A DNA stretch of 64,000 bases from the NCBI GenBank assembly GCA_050287085.1, contig JBNKBE010000021.1:1124-65123 (forward strand), written 5' to 3'. The notes under the pieces are model-generated. The model was not told where the DNA came from. It saw nothing but the letters and a program-made list of their open reading frames with translations, and did not search any database. Both the position numbers and the translations under genes were made by a program. This document shows positions 1 to 8,963 of this stretch, piece after piece (the first letter of the stretch is position 1; every line of letters starts with the position of its first letter). The DNA comes from Polyangiaceae bacterium (GTDB taxonomy: Bacteria > Myxococcota_A > Polyangia > Polyangiales > Polyangiaceae).

Positions 1-90
1 GTCGAGGCGATGAAGTCGACACGTCGCCCCTGAGGGAGGTTCAGAAAAGGCGACAAGTGTTGTGACGACTGGGGGAATTGAGGTCGCGAG

Positions 91-313
91 CCCCCAACCA
101 ACTGTGCTCGTACGTTCTTGCGTAGGTTCTCCACCGGGACGCCATGGGCGGTCACGCCGGCTAACTGAGCGCTGGGCCAGACGAGGCCGGGAGTGGCGCT
201 TGTGCGCCCTGTCTGGCCCGTTTCGGCGCGGCATGGGCGAGGGAGCGCGGCCTCGCAGGCCGGCGCGGCGTTAGCCGGACTAGGGGCGTCGCTGGGCGTT
301 TCCCGCCCGCCCC
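91..313 (+). repeat. Structured non-coding repeat, copy A (upstream of TA pair 1)
   Basis: Blocks 91-134, 153-188 and 251-313 match 1801-1844, 1879-1914 and 1913-1975 (42/44, 35/36, 56/63 nt). Nested inverted repeats at 157-165/270-278 and 169-178/258-266. A 62-nt insertion (189-250) sits at the apex. Confidence 0.85.
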
Positions 314-431
314 GGCGAGGAGCGGGCCACTCGCGCGGGCCGCTGGCCCTCCCACGCGCTCCTCTTGGGCGGATAAACCCCGGCGCGGAGCGGCCATAGA
401 CGTACCCACCTTGCGACGCTATGCTTCGACG

Positions 432-680
432 ATGACGCGCGTCGATCAACTCTTAAACGAAGCAGCGCAGCTCAGTGCTGAAGAGCGCTTAGAGCTCATG
501 CAACGTCTGCAGGAGCTTCCTGCTGCTAATGATGACGCCGAACATGATGATCTCGACGACGCAGAGCGAGCAGAACTGCATGCATCCCTGGAACGAGCAG
601 CGGCAGACTCAGCCGCAGGCCGCGGAATGGATGCAATGGAATTCTTGAGGCAGCGTCGTGAATCTCTTCATACTGGATGA
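432..680 (+). CDS. Antitoxin, putative addiction-module component (TIGR02574-like)
   Basis: MTRVDQLLNEAAQLSAEERLELMQRLQEL, then an acidic linker and a C-terminal helix. It overlaps the downstream ParE-like ORF. A paralog lies at 2140-2376. The ORF could also start at 411. Confidence 0.6.
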   Translation: MTRVDQLLNEAAQLSAEERLELMQRLQELPAANDDAEHDDLDDAERAELHASLERAAADSAAGRGMDAMEFLRQRRESLHTG

Positions 681-954
681 AGCCCAGCACCGATACGAGC
701 TTGCAGATGCTTGGTGGCGAAAACACCGCGATGAAAAGCAGCTGTTTGTCCTCGAGTTTGAAAGCTCGCTAGAGGAGATCCTGAGCAAGCCAATCACGAA
801 AACTCCGTACCGAACCGTCCGTGGCATGGACGTACATCGACGACTGATGCCAAAGACGGGATACCACGTTTACTACGTACACAAGGCAGAAGAAGACCTG
901 CTAGAGATCTGGACCATCTGGCACTCGAAGCGACGCCGCGGCCCGAAGCTCTAG
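658..954 (+). CDS. ParE/RelE-family toxin
   Basis: 98 aa, with the WWR..RD...F..EFES and H.YY...W....RGPKL pattern shared with the 2373-2663 paralog. Size and genetic coupling to a small antitoxin ORF fit a type II TA toxin. Confidence 0.6.
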   Translation: MNLFILDEAQHRYELADAWWRKHRDEKQLFVLEFESSLEEILSKPITKTPYRTVRGMDVHRRLMPKTGYHVYYVHKAEEDLLEIWTIWHSKRRRGPKL

Positions 955-1023
955 CACCACGGCATTCCCTATCTAGCAGCCCGAAGCGACCCATCGAGGT
1001 CGCTTTCCTGCATTTGTGGCCGT

Positions 1024-1040
1024 AGACTCGGCGCCATGAT
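1024..1040 (+). repeat. 17-bp perfect direct repeat, left copy (agactcggcgccatgat)
   Basis: Identical 17-mer at 1781-1797. The two copies flank a ~740-bp segment between the two TA cassettes. Confidence 0.9.
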
Positions 1041-1780
1041 CTGGAAGCGAGTGCTCATCGCATGGATGACTCTGATGGCGCTCGTGTTTGCGTCGGCGGG
1101 CGCGTCTGCGCGAACCGATGTCGGCCCGAAACCTCACGTCGGGGCCATCGACGTGGTGGCCGCTATCTGCATCGAGGCCCACGGCCTTGCAAGTGCTGAA
1201 GGGCACCAGGGAAATTGGGATGCGGCTACGCCGGGCACGTCGGATGTCCCTCATGCGCTTGATTCACGCCGCGCCTGCAGCTCGTTGCCCTCTCCTGGCC
1301 AGGATGTGCGGCTACTACCAGGACGTGGAGTACAAGGCTGAAGAGCTGGAAGCGTTGGAAAGTGAGCTTCGGCTTTACGGTGAAGCGTTGTCCGATCCGG
1401 AGGAGGTCGCTACGGTGGCTAAGATGAGAGAGCTCGTACTCAGTTGTCTTGAGAACGGACTCCGCGTTGAGGCAATCGCTGACTAGACGCGGGAAGGGAG
1501 CGGCAGTAACGAGCGCGGCGGGCGTGGCGCCGCGCGAGTGATCCGTTTCAGCGCCGCTGTCGTGCAATATGCCTGCCGCCCCGCGTTGCCGTCGTTCTAA
1601 TGGCAGAGCTAAGCTGTAAGGCGCGGAGGTTGCGCGATAAGTGAACGGACAAGGCGAGTGCTGGCCGAATAGGACCGTGCCCGCCTTGTCGGCTTCAACG
1701 CCCATTGGGACGGGGGCCCGTGACGTGAGGAGCTGCAGCCGCTTGAAATTCCTCTTCTTAGCTGCCTGGGCAACTGATGC

Positions 1781-1797
1781 AGACTCGGCGCCATGAT
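1781..1797 (+). repeat. 17-bp perfect direct repeat, right copy
   Basis: Identical to 1024-1040. It lies 3 nt before repeat copy B. Confidence 0.9.
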
Positions 1798-1800
1798 AAG

Positions 1801-1975
1801 TCCCCAACCAAGTGTGCTCGTACGTTCTTGCGTAGGTTCTCCACATCCCCCTCGCATTTGTGCCCGAGGGGGGGCGTGCACGCCGGCTGACTGAGCGCTG
1901 GGCCAGACGAGGCCTCGCAGGCCAGCGCGGCGTTGGCCGGACTACCCACGTCGCGGGGCGTTTCCCGCCCGCCCC
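1801..1975 (+). repeat. Structured non-coding repeat, copy B (upstream of TA pair 2)
   Basis: Same three blocks as copy A but without the 62-nt apex insertion. Arms are at 1883-1891/1932-1940 and 1895-1904/1920-1928. Confidence 0.85.
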
Positions 1976-2139
1976 TCCAAAGCCTCCCGCCAGCTCGCGG
2001 GGCTCGCCGCCGGGGCCCGGGCTTTGGAGCCTCGCCTGGGGCTTCGCGGGATGCCTTGTGGGCGGAACTACCCCGACGTGGAGCGACGCTGCACGTGCCC
2101 GAAGCAATCGCCGGCGATGGATGGTAAGGTGCAGGACCG

Positions 2140-2376
2140 ATGACTGAGGCAGCGCAAAAGCTTTTCGAAGAGGCGATGAAGCTCTCCCCCGAGGAGCGCG
2201 AACGTCTTGCGCAGCAGCTGCTCGACAGCACGACTGCGGCGAACGACGAGGACGACCTCGATGCTGCCGAGAGAGAGGCTCTGCATGAGTCCATTCGTGA
2301 GGGGCTTGCTGACATGAAGGCTGGCCGTACTTTCGACGTTGCTGAAGTGATCGCTGAGATACGCTCCGAGACGTGA
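2140..2376 (+). CDS. Antitoxin, putative addiction-module component (TIGR02574-like)
   Basis: MTEAAQKLFEEAMKLSPEERERLAQQLLDS...ADMKAGRTFDVAEVIAEIR. There is a 4-nt overlap (GTGA) with the toxin ORF. Confidence 0.65.
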   Translation: MTEAAQKLFEEAMKLSPEERERLAQQLLDSTTAANDEDDLDAAEREALHESIREGLADMKAGRTFDVAEVIAEIRSET

Positions 2377-2663
2377 AGATTCGAAGCTCAGGCCGCGCAA
2401 AGCGTGAGCTCAAGCGTCTCGACAAGTGGTGGCGAGCGAACCGCGATGACGAGGACATCTTCATCGACGAATTCGAGTCGATGGCTCGCGTGATTCGCGA
2501 ACAGCCGAATCTTGGCAGGCGGTATTACGGAGCAAGTGAGGATGACGTGCTTCGCGTCCTGATGGCGACGAAGCGCTGCCATATCTACTACGCGGTCAAC
2601 GAGGACGAAGTCGTGATCTTGTCGGTGTGGGGAGCCGTCCGCGGCCGTGGTCCGAAGCTGTAG
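2373..2663 (+). CDS. ParE/RelE-family toxin
   Basis: 96 aa, a paralog of 658-954, translationally coupled to the antitoxin. Confidence 0.65.
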   Translation: MKIRSSGRAKRELKRLDKWWRANRDDEDIFIDEFESMARVIREQPNLGRRYYGASEDDVLRVLMATKRCHIYYAVNEDEVVILSVWGAVRGRGPKL

Positions 2664-2736
2664 CAGTCACGCCTTCCCTCGTTTAGCCCGCCCCGAAGCG
2701 ACCTGTCCGCTGGACGGGATCACTCCAGTTTACTTT

Positions 2737-2815
2737 GGCCGCCGTGCCGGGGCGCTCACCGGCCGGCGCGGCACCGCTCTCCCCACGCTGTACGGACTAC
2801 TCGCGCCAGCCCCTT
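2737..2815 (+). repeat. Decayed third copy of the structured repeat
   Basis: ctcaccggccggcgcggc (2754-2771) matches copy A ctcgcaggccggcgcggc at 16/18 nt. A cggactac block follows. The left arm and GTT core are eroded. Confidence 0.4.
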
Positions 2816-3130
2816 CTGGGCGCTCCTTGATTGCGACGCGGCCCCCGCCGCGGTGCGGCGCTACTCGTCGAACAGCTCGTCGGCGTTTGTGATCACCGCA
2901 GCGCGACGAACCCAGCGACGGAGTTGCTCGAGATCCGACGAACTCTGAACGCGCTCTCGAACATCATTGGAGATGGTTCGGAGTAGCTGCGGGGCCGACC
3001 GATACCGGGGACGGAACCACCGGCGCTGCGACTCGCACCCTCGATGCAACGCATCGCACCATTGGGCACTCGCTCCAACGACGCCACATTGGCAAGGTGG
3101 ATAGGGAGTTTGGTGCCGAGATAAGATCCC

Positions 3131-3883
3131 ATGGCGAATCACGTTAAGCGTTCCGTTGCCTGGTGGGCTTGCCTACCGATGCTGCCCATTGTCGTCTTTC
3201 AGGCCAAAGGCCTCAGGCGGAAGATCCCCCGGTTGCCAGAGGCTGCGGGCTTTCGAGCGGGTACGCTCGAAAGCGGACCTGGCCGAATCCGGATTGCGGT
3301 GGTGGGTGAATCGACTGCTGTCGGTGTTGGCGTGACATCTCTAGACGAGGCTATCCCAGGCAACCTCGCGCACTTCTTGTGTGACGCCTATGGGCATTCC
3401 GTCGATTGGCACGTGCTCGGCGCAAACGGGGCAACAGTACGACGCGTCGTGGCTCAATTGAAACAAGGCCCGGTGGGTCAGTACGACGCGGCGGTCGTGC
3501 TGCTTGGCGTGAACGATGTCTTTCGAATGACCTCCGTCGGGAAGTGGCTCAGCGGTCTAGATGAGTTGTGCTCGGCGCTTCGAGACCGGGGCTGCCGGAC
3601 CGTCGTCTTCTCTTCGATTCCCCCCATCTCGAGGTTCTCGGCGCTTCCTCAGCCTCTACGCCGAATACTGGGCGTGCGTGCTGCGCTGCTGGATGGCTAT
3701 CTCGAGAAGACCCTCGCGATGCGTGCTGACGCTCGGCACTGTGCGGTGAAGTTTCCGACGGGCGACGGATTCTTCGCGCGTGATGGGGTACATCCTTCAG
3801 CTGCGGGCTATCGCGAGTGGGCGCGGCAACTCGCAGATGAGCTAGGAAGTTCGCTTGACGACCGGGCGCGGCAGAGGTCCTAA
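3131..3883 (+). CDS. SGNH/GDSL-family hydrolase
   Basis: Block I IAVVGESTAVGVG, block III LGVNDV and block V DGVHPSAAGY. An N-terminal hydrophobic segment is present. Confidence 0.7.
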   Translation: MANHVKRSVAWWACLPMLPIVVFQAKGLRRKIPRLPEAAGFRAGTLESGPGRIRIAVVGESTAVGVGVTSLDEAIPGNLAHFLCDAYGHSVDWHVLGANGATVRRVVAQLKQGPVGQYDAAVVLLGVNDVFRMTSVGKWLSGLDELCSALRDRGCRTVVFSSIPPISRFSALPQPLRRILGVRAALLDGYLEKTLAMRADARHCAVKFPTGDGFFARDGVHPSAAGYREWARQLADELGSSLDDRARQRS

Positions 3884-3922
3884 GGGCCTGAGCGTCAAGA
3901 GCAGCTGACCACGAGCTAGCGT

Positions 3923-4342
3923 TCATTTCCCCGGGTCTTTCCAGGTCATGGCGCTCTGAATTTCCTGCAGAACCGCGCCGAGGTCGGTCATGACGGCGTT
4001 ATGACTGACCTCGAGAATGCGGTAGCCCTGAGCGCGGAGGCGGCGTAGGCGGCTGGCATCCTTGCACTCTCGTTTAAGGTGCCAGTTGCCGTTCACTTCG
4101 ATGATGAGCCGGCGGGCGTGGCAGACGAAGTCGACGATGTAATCCGCGATGACGGCTTGTCGGCGAAACGACACGCCAAGCTTGCCCGCTTGGAGGGCAG
4201 TCCAAAGCCTGGCCTCCGAGGGCGTGGGGTTGTGACGCATGGCGCGCGCACGGCGTTTGAGCAGGGTTTTGCGAGCGAGGAGGGGACCCGAGTTGAGGAA
4301 ATGTGAGAGATATGTGGGCATGGAACTGCGTCGAAACGCCAT
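3923..4342 (-). CDS. DUF559 endonuclease-domain protein (Vsr-like fold)
   Basis: MRHNPTPSEARLW..L......FRRQ..I..YIVDF.C....LIIEVNG..H pattern typical of DUF559. Confidence 0.75.
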   Translation of the reverse strand: MAFRRSSMPTYLSHFLNSGPLLARKTLLKRRARAMRHNPTPSEARLWTALQAGKLGVSFRRQAVIADYIVDFVCHARRLIIEVNGNWHLKRECKDASRLRRLRAQGYRILEVSHNAVMTDLGAVLQEIQSAMTWKDPGK

Positions 4343-4392
4343 GCTTGCGGGCGGTGGCTCGGTTGGATGATGCGAGGCGCTTGTCTTCGGCG

Positions 4393-5985
4393 CTACCCGA
4401 TGTCGCCCCGTTCAAGCAGCCGCCCCTGAAGCGCCTCGGCGATATGCGGCTCAGCGATGCGTCTGTCGCCCATCAGATCCGCGGCGGTACGCGCGACGCG
4501 AAGCACCTTGCCAAACGCGCGCGCACTGAGACCAAATTGTGCGGCGGCGCGCTCGAGCAAGGTGCGCGCCGCCGCTGTGGGCTTCAGCACATCGCCCAGA
4601 TCGCCAGCGGAGAGCTCCGCATTGGTGCGTGCGTGGGTCACGCCCGCTCGGAAGCGCGCTAGCTGAACGCGTCGCGCTGCCGCAACGCGTTTTCGTATGC
4701 TTTCCGAGCTCTCGCTGCGGGCCGCGGTCGAAAGCGCAGCGACCGTCACCGGGGGAAGCAGAGCGTGCACGTCGAGCCTATCGAGAAGGGGGCCGCTTAC
4801 GCGCGTGCGGTAGCGTTCTCTTTGGGCGGGCTTGCAGCGACACGGGCGCGTGGGGTGGCCATAGTAGCCGCAGGGGCAAGGGTTCATGGCACCAATCAGG
4901 ATGGGGCGAGCGGGGAACGTAACACGAGTGCGGGCGCGGGCGATGGTTACGAAGCCGTCCTCGAGCGGTCCGCGCAGAGCCTCGAGCGCGCGGCGTTGGA
5001 ATTCCGGCAGCTCATCCAAGAAGAGCACGCCGTTGTGAGCGAGGCTGACCTCACCTGGTCTTGGTATGCTGCCGCCCCCGACGAGCCCCTGTTCGGTCAC
5101 CGAGTGGTGGGGGGCGCGAAACGGTCGTTGTGACAACACGCCGCGCTCTGACTTGATCAACCCCGCAACGCTGTGGATAGCGGTCGCTTCGAGGGCCTCG
5201 TCATATTCGAGCGGCGGCAAGATGCCGGGTAGGCGCCGGGCCAACATGGTCTTGCCGGCTCCCGGTGGACCTAGCATGAGCAGATTGTGACCTCCCGCGG
5301 CGGCGAGCTCCAGGGAACGGCGCGCTCCGAGTTGTCCGTTAACTTCTGACAGACAGGGTGCCCCCATGCCGAGTTCGCTTTCGACAGCTGTATGCGGAGC
5401 CTCGGGCAATGAATCCGCGATGGCAAAGTAGCGCTCGATTTCCGATAGCGACTCGGCGAGCAAGACATTGAGACCGCGCACGAGGCCCGCTTCGCGTGCG
5501 TTTCCAGCGGGTACGATAACGGTCTGCTGCCCTCGTTCGCGCGCGCCTATCAATAGCGGCAGAACCCCGCGGATGGGTTGCAGGCGTCCGTCCAACGAAA
5601 GCTCCCCGAGCAGCAGCGTGCCGGCCACGCGCGCCGGGTCAAAACGGCCGATGGCGCCAAGAATGGCCACCGCGATGGGTAAGTCCAAGGCAGCGTCGCG
5701 TTTGTGTAGATCAGCCGGAGCAAGGTTTACGGTTATGGCCCACTCTTCGAGCAACACACCGAGGCAAGAAAGGGCGCTAGCGACACGGACGCGTGCCTCG
5801 CGGACCGGGGTTTGCGCAAGGCCGACTAGCTGAAAGAACGCTGGGCCTCGACTGCAGCTGACCTCCACCTCTACGCCTTCTGGGCTGAGCCCGAGCAAGG
5901 TGCTGGCGGAAACGCTGCACAAGCCGAGTGGGCGATGTAGCTCGCGTGACAATCCGACGTCGGCTGTGGACTGCGTGTGGACCAT
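4393..5985 (-). CDS. comM: YifB/ComM family Mg-chelatase-like AAA+ ATPase
   Basis: N-terminal Lon-protease-like region, Walker A GPPGAGKTM, FLDELPEF, and a C-terminal ChlI-like helical region. The start was chosen at MVHTQS; the ORF extends to 6054. Confidence 0.9.
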   Translation of the reverse strand: MVHTQSTADVGLSRELHRPLGLCSVSASTLLGLSPEGVEVEVSCSRGPAFFQLVGLAQTPVREARVRVASALSCLGVLLEEWAITVNLAPADLHKRDAALDLPIAVAILGAIGRFDPARVAGTLLLGELSLDGRLQPIRGVLPLLIGARERGQQTVIVPAGNAREAGLVRGLNVLLAESLSEIERYFAIADSLPEAPHTAVESELGMGAPCLSEVNGQLGARRSLELAAAGGHNLLMLGPPGAGKTMLARRLPGILPPLEYDEALEATAIHSVAGLIKSERGVLSQRPFRAPHHSVTEQGLVGGGSIPRPGEVSLAHNGVLFLDELPEFQRRALEALRGPLEDGFVTIARARTRVTFPARPILIGAMNPCPCGYYGHPTRPCRCKPAQRERYRTRVSGPLLDRLDVHALLPPVTVAALSTAARSESSESIRKRVAAARRVQLARFRAGVTHARTNAELSAGDLGDVLKPTAAARTLLERAAAQFGLSARAFGKVLRVARTAADLMGDRRIAEPHIAEALQGRLLERGDIG

Positions 5986-6088
5986 ACGCTTGGTCAGCGC
6001 AGGAGTCGTGCCAGCGCGGAGAGGGGCAACTGGGCGGCATTTGGGGGCAGGCAAACGCCGGCCGCCAAATGGCGAACAAGCGCGGCCC

Positions 6089-7543
6089 TCAGCGCGAGGC
6101 CAGCGCGAAGAGTCGCCGGTCCGCAGCAGACCGTTCGAGGGCTGCCGCTGTCCGCTGCAGGATCACATAGTGTTGCTCCGTCCCTTTCAAGTCTAGCTCC
6201 GCCCGTGGCGCGAAGGACTCAGCACCGGGGAGCGCTAGCAGTCGCTCTTCGACGACGCGCGCGGCCCGTTCGCCGGGGGGGCCGTCGAGTGACTGGCCCT
6301 TGGCAAGCAGGACCACGAGCGTATCGACCTGATACATGTGCAGGAAGTTGCTGGGCAGCTGCTTGCTCGTATGCCCGCCCGGTAGGTAGGCAATGCGTGG
6401 ATCGGTCACCCCGGCTAGATCGATGACGGTGGCGTCGGTGGCGGCTCCCACCCAGCCCACGTCAAGCGTTGCGATGCGACGGGCGTCGCGCAGGATAGGC
6501 GTGGCCGTCGCGATTAGGGCGGTGCGCTGTTCTAGGACGTGGCGAGCGCTTGCGCCATGGCTCCGCTGCAGCATCAGACACAAGGCCGCGGCCAGAGAAG
6601 CCCGCAGCGCGGTCCAGCGCGGCGGACTCTGTGCGTTGATACAAGCGACCAACACCAGTGCATGTCCTAACACGGGTACAAAAAGTCGAAATAGCGACAT
6701 CCAGTCCCCACCCGCGGCGGCAAGTGCCAATACGTGGGCGACGAGGGCGACTGCTTCAGCCCGCCGTTGTCCTGACAGGCGCGCCAGGCCGCGACAGGAA
6801 ATAAATAGCGGCGTCAAGCCAACCCAAAGCAGCCCACTCAGCGCGTATCGGAGTCCGTGGCTGAGGTCCGAGGGTTTGGCTACGGCAGCCAGCGGTGTGG
6901 GCGTGGAAAAGAGCAACACGCGGCCGCCGATGACGAGGGCGACGGGGGTTAGGACGAGCAGCAGTCGCCCCAGACGGCGAGCGGGGGAGGCCGCCGGACG
7001 CAGCAAAACGAGAGTGAGCGCCCAGGGAATGAGTTCAGGGCGAAGCGCGGCGGCAGCTCCCGCCCACAAGGCAAAGCCTTCGCCCGGGGTCAAGGCCAAG
7101 GTCGCAAGCAGCAAGACCAGTGGCGTTTCCATGCCCGAGACACACCAGGCGCCCAGGGGCAAACACAAGGCGGTGGGGAGTAGTGCGAGCACGCGACGTT
7201 CGGGGTGGGGGCCGTAGCTGTAGCGCGCGACGAACCCGGCGCAGAGCACCGCTCCGAGCACTCCCAGCCAGCGCGCGGCGCGCCACGTTTGCAAGACGCC
7301 GCTCTGAGCAAAAGGGGACAACAACCCCGCCCATCCGAGCGGAGTGACGGCGTCGACCACGTCGCCTAGCGCGTTGAAACGGTAGCCATGACCGGTTGCC
7401 AAGTGGTGAGCTACGCGCGCCGAGATCAAGGCATCGTCCACCGTAAAGCCCCAGCCGGTCATCATGGCTATGCCCAGCAGGAGCGCGATCAATGCCGCGT
7501 AGCCGGGAAAGGAGAGGTGTAGGGCGCGCATCGCTGGGCCCAT
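6089..7543 (-). CDS. Polytopic membrane protein, possible GT-C-type glycosyltransferase
   Basis: At least 10 hydrophobic helices. The N-terminal motif TVDDALISARVAHHLATGHGYRFN resembles a family of membrane glycosyltransferase-like proteins. The function is not verifiable here. Confidence 0.45.
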   Translation of the reverse strand: MGPAMRALHLSFPGYAALIALLLGIAMMTGWGFTVDDALISARVAHHLATGHGYRFNALGDVVDAVTPLGWAGLLSPFAQSGVLQTWRAARWLGVLGAVLCAGFVARYSYGPHPERRVLALLPTALCLPLGAWCVSGMETPLVLLLATLALTPGEGFALWAGAAAALRPELIPWALTLVLLRPAASPARRLGRLLLVLTPVALVIGGRVLLFSTPTPLAAVAKPSDLSHGLRYALSGLLWVGLTPLFISCRGLARLSGQRRAEAVALVAHVLALAAAGGDWMSLFRLFVPVLGHALVLVACINAQSPPRWTALRASLAAALCLMLQRSHGASARHVLEQRTALIATATPILRDARRIATLDVGWVGAATDATVIDLAGVTDPRIAYLPGGHTSKQLPSNFLHMYQVDTLVVLLAKGQSLDGPPGERAARVVEERLLALPGAESFAPRAELDLKGTEQHYVILQRTAAALERSAADRRLFALASR

Positions 7544-7580
7544 AACACAATCCTCGGCGGCCGGGGGAGAGCACCCCCCG

Positions 7581-8963
7581 TTGACAGCTCGCCGCCCGAC
7601 TGCGAGGCTACCTTATCCGCTTCAGCCGAGCCCGCGTTATATGACCCACCTGCCATCCGGATGCGACGACCACGCCCGCGTCATAGTGCGGAAGGCGAGG
7701 GCCGAAAGGGCGCGTACGACGCCCGGCAGTACGTCTGGCGGTACGCCTGGCAGAGCGGACGACTCTGCCGAGGCGTGGGACCCGGTTCAGGAGCGGCGTT
7801 CGGTTCAGCTGGGGTGTTCGGTCCAGGCGCGGTGTGGAGGATGCCCTTGGCTGGGGACTCCAGCCGATGAGCAGGCTCGACACAAACTCCAGGCCTTGAG
7901 CCGAGCCTGCTCGGCGGTCGGCCTGAGCATTCCGCCGCCTCGTTGGATCGGGCATTGTGGACCCATTGGCTACCGAAACCGCGTGCGGCTTCGGGTGGAC
8001 GGCGGTCGAGTTGTCTTCTTCAACACCGAAAAGGCGCTCAGCTGCGTCGTCTTGGAGGAGCCGCTGCGAGCAGCGGTGCTAGAACTGGTCGAGCTAAGCG
8101 GCAGACGCAGCGAGTTGCTCGCGGCGGTTCGTCACCTCGAGTTGCGGGTTGACGAGCGCGGCGGGGTCGTGCTCGCGCTCTACCGCAGCCCGGGTGCTTC
8201 GCCCCTGACTTCGAGCGCGCAGGTGCTCCTGCGTCAGCGGTCGTGGAGCGTGCAACAACGACTGTGGATGCCGTCCGGTGCACTTCCTGCAGACCAGGAG
8301 GAAGTGGTGCATCAGCGGTCGAGCTTGAGGGGGGACGCATTTGCCCTGGTACCGGCGAGCTGCTTTCGTCAGATCAACCGTTGGGTCAATCAGCGCGTGC
8401 TGGGTCTATTGGCGCGGGGCGCGATCCGTCGCTTAGGCTCGGCCGACGCGTCTGCGCCTTTGCGAGGCGTATCGTTGCTCGACGTCTACTGCGGCGCTGG
8501 CAATCTGGGTCTATCGCTGCTTGCGTTGGGGGCGCGCGGCAGCTTCATCGAGCGGGACGTCGACGGGCTTTCAGCGGTTCTTCAGGCTGCCTCGCAGCAG
8601 AGCTGGGCCTTGGTGGACGCCAGCGCGCAGAGTCTGGACGAATGGATCGCCGACCATCACAGCGATGCACCGCCAGATCTGGTTCTCGTCAATCCCCCGC
8701 GCGCCGGGCTGAGGACCCACGCCAATAGCGTGCCGCGACTCGGGGCGAAGTACTGCTTCGCCATGTACTGCGACGTTGACGCGTTTGCTCGCGATGCGCG
8801 GGTCTGGACCGAGGGTGGCTATCGACTCGAAGCACTATGGGGTGCCGACATGTTTCCCAATACTCGCCATGTTGAGACTGTTGCGTGGTTTCGTAGGACG
8901 GAGTCCGTCGGTGCCCGACGCCCCCAACCAAAGACGATGGAGGGCGTAGATGAGCGAGTTTGA
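7581..8963 (+). CDS. Class I SAM-dependent RNA (uracil-5) methyltransferase, RumA/TrmA family
   Basis: Cys cluster CGGCPW, SAM motif LLDVYCGAGNLGLSL, VNPPRAGL, and C-terminal DMFPNTRHVETVAWF. The start is uncertain (alternative ATG at 7641). Confidence 0.75.
   Translation: MTARRPTARLPYPLQPSPRYMTHLPSGCDDHARVIVRKARAERARTTPGSTSGGTPGRADDSAEAWDPVQERRSVQLGCSVQARCGGCPWLGTPADEQARHKLQALSRACSAVGLSIPPPRWIGHCGPIGYRNRVRLRVDGGRVVFFNTEKALSCVVLEEPLRAAVLELVELSGRRSELLAAVRHLELRVDERGGVVLALYRSPGASPLTSSAQVLLRQRSWSVQQRLWMPSGALPADQEEVVHQRSSLRGDAFALVPASCFRQINRWVNQRVLGLLARGAIRRLGSADASAPLRGVSLLDVYCGAGNLGLSLLALGARGSFIERDVDGLSAVLQAASQQSWALVDASAQSLDEWIADHHSDAPPDLVLVNPPRAGLRTHANSVPRLGAKYCFAMYCDVDAFARDARVWTEGGYRLEALWGADMFPNTRHVETVAWFRRTESVGARRPQPKTMEGVDERV

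Noticed and set aside
1036-1486. Signal-peptide ORF (1036-1341) and overlapping 1088/1304-1486 ORF as separate genes
   Set aside because: The two frames overlap and neither has a recognisable domain. This may be one frameshifted gene or non-coding DNA. It is reported as an observation only, not as a feature.
1226-2464. 412-aa minus-strand ORF spanning the second repeat and TA pair 2
   Set aside because: It is antisense to a well-supported TA operon and to the conserved non-coding repeat. Its Arg/Pro/Ala/Ser-rich composition is typical of spurious long ORFs in high-GC DNA. No motif was recognised.
2861-3142. Minus-strand ORF whose C-terminal ~45 aa (LLRTISNDVRERVQSSSDLEQLRRWVRRAAVITNADELFDE) resemble the DUF4351 tail of Rpn/YhgA-like transposase-related proteins
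   Set aside because: Only the tail pattern is recognisable. The upstream part is Arg/Cys/Pro-rich junk, so at best this is a gene remnant. It cannot be verified without a profile search, so it is not listed as a feature.
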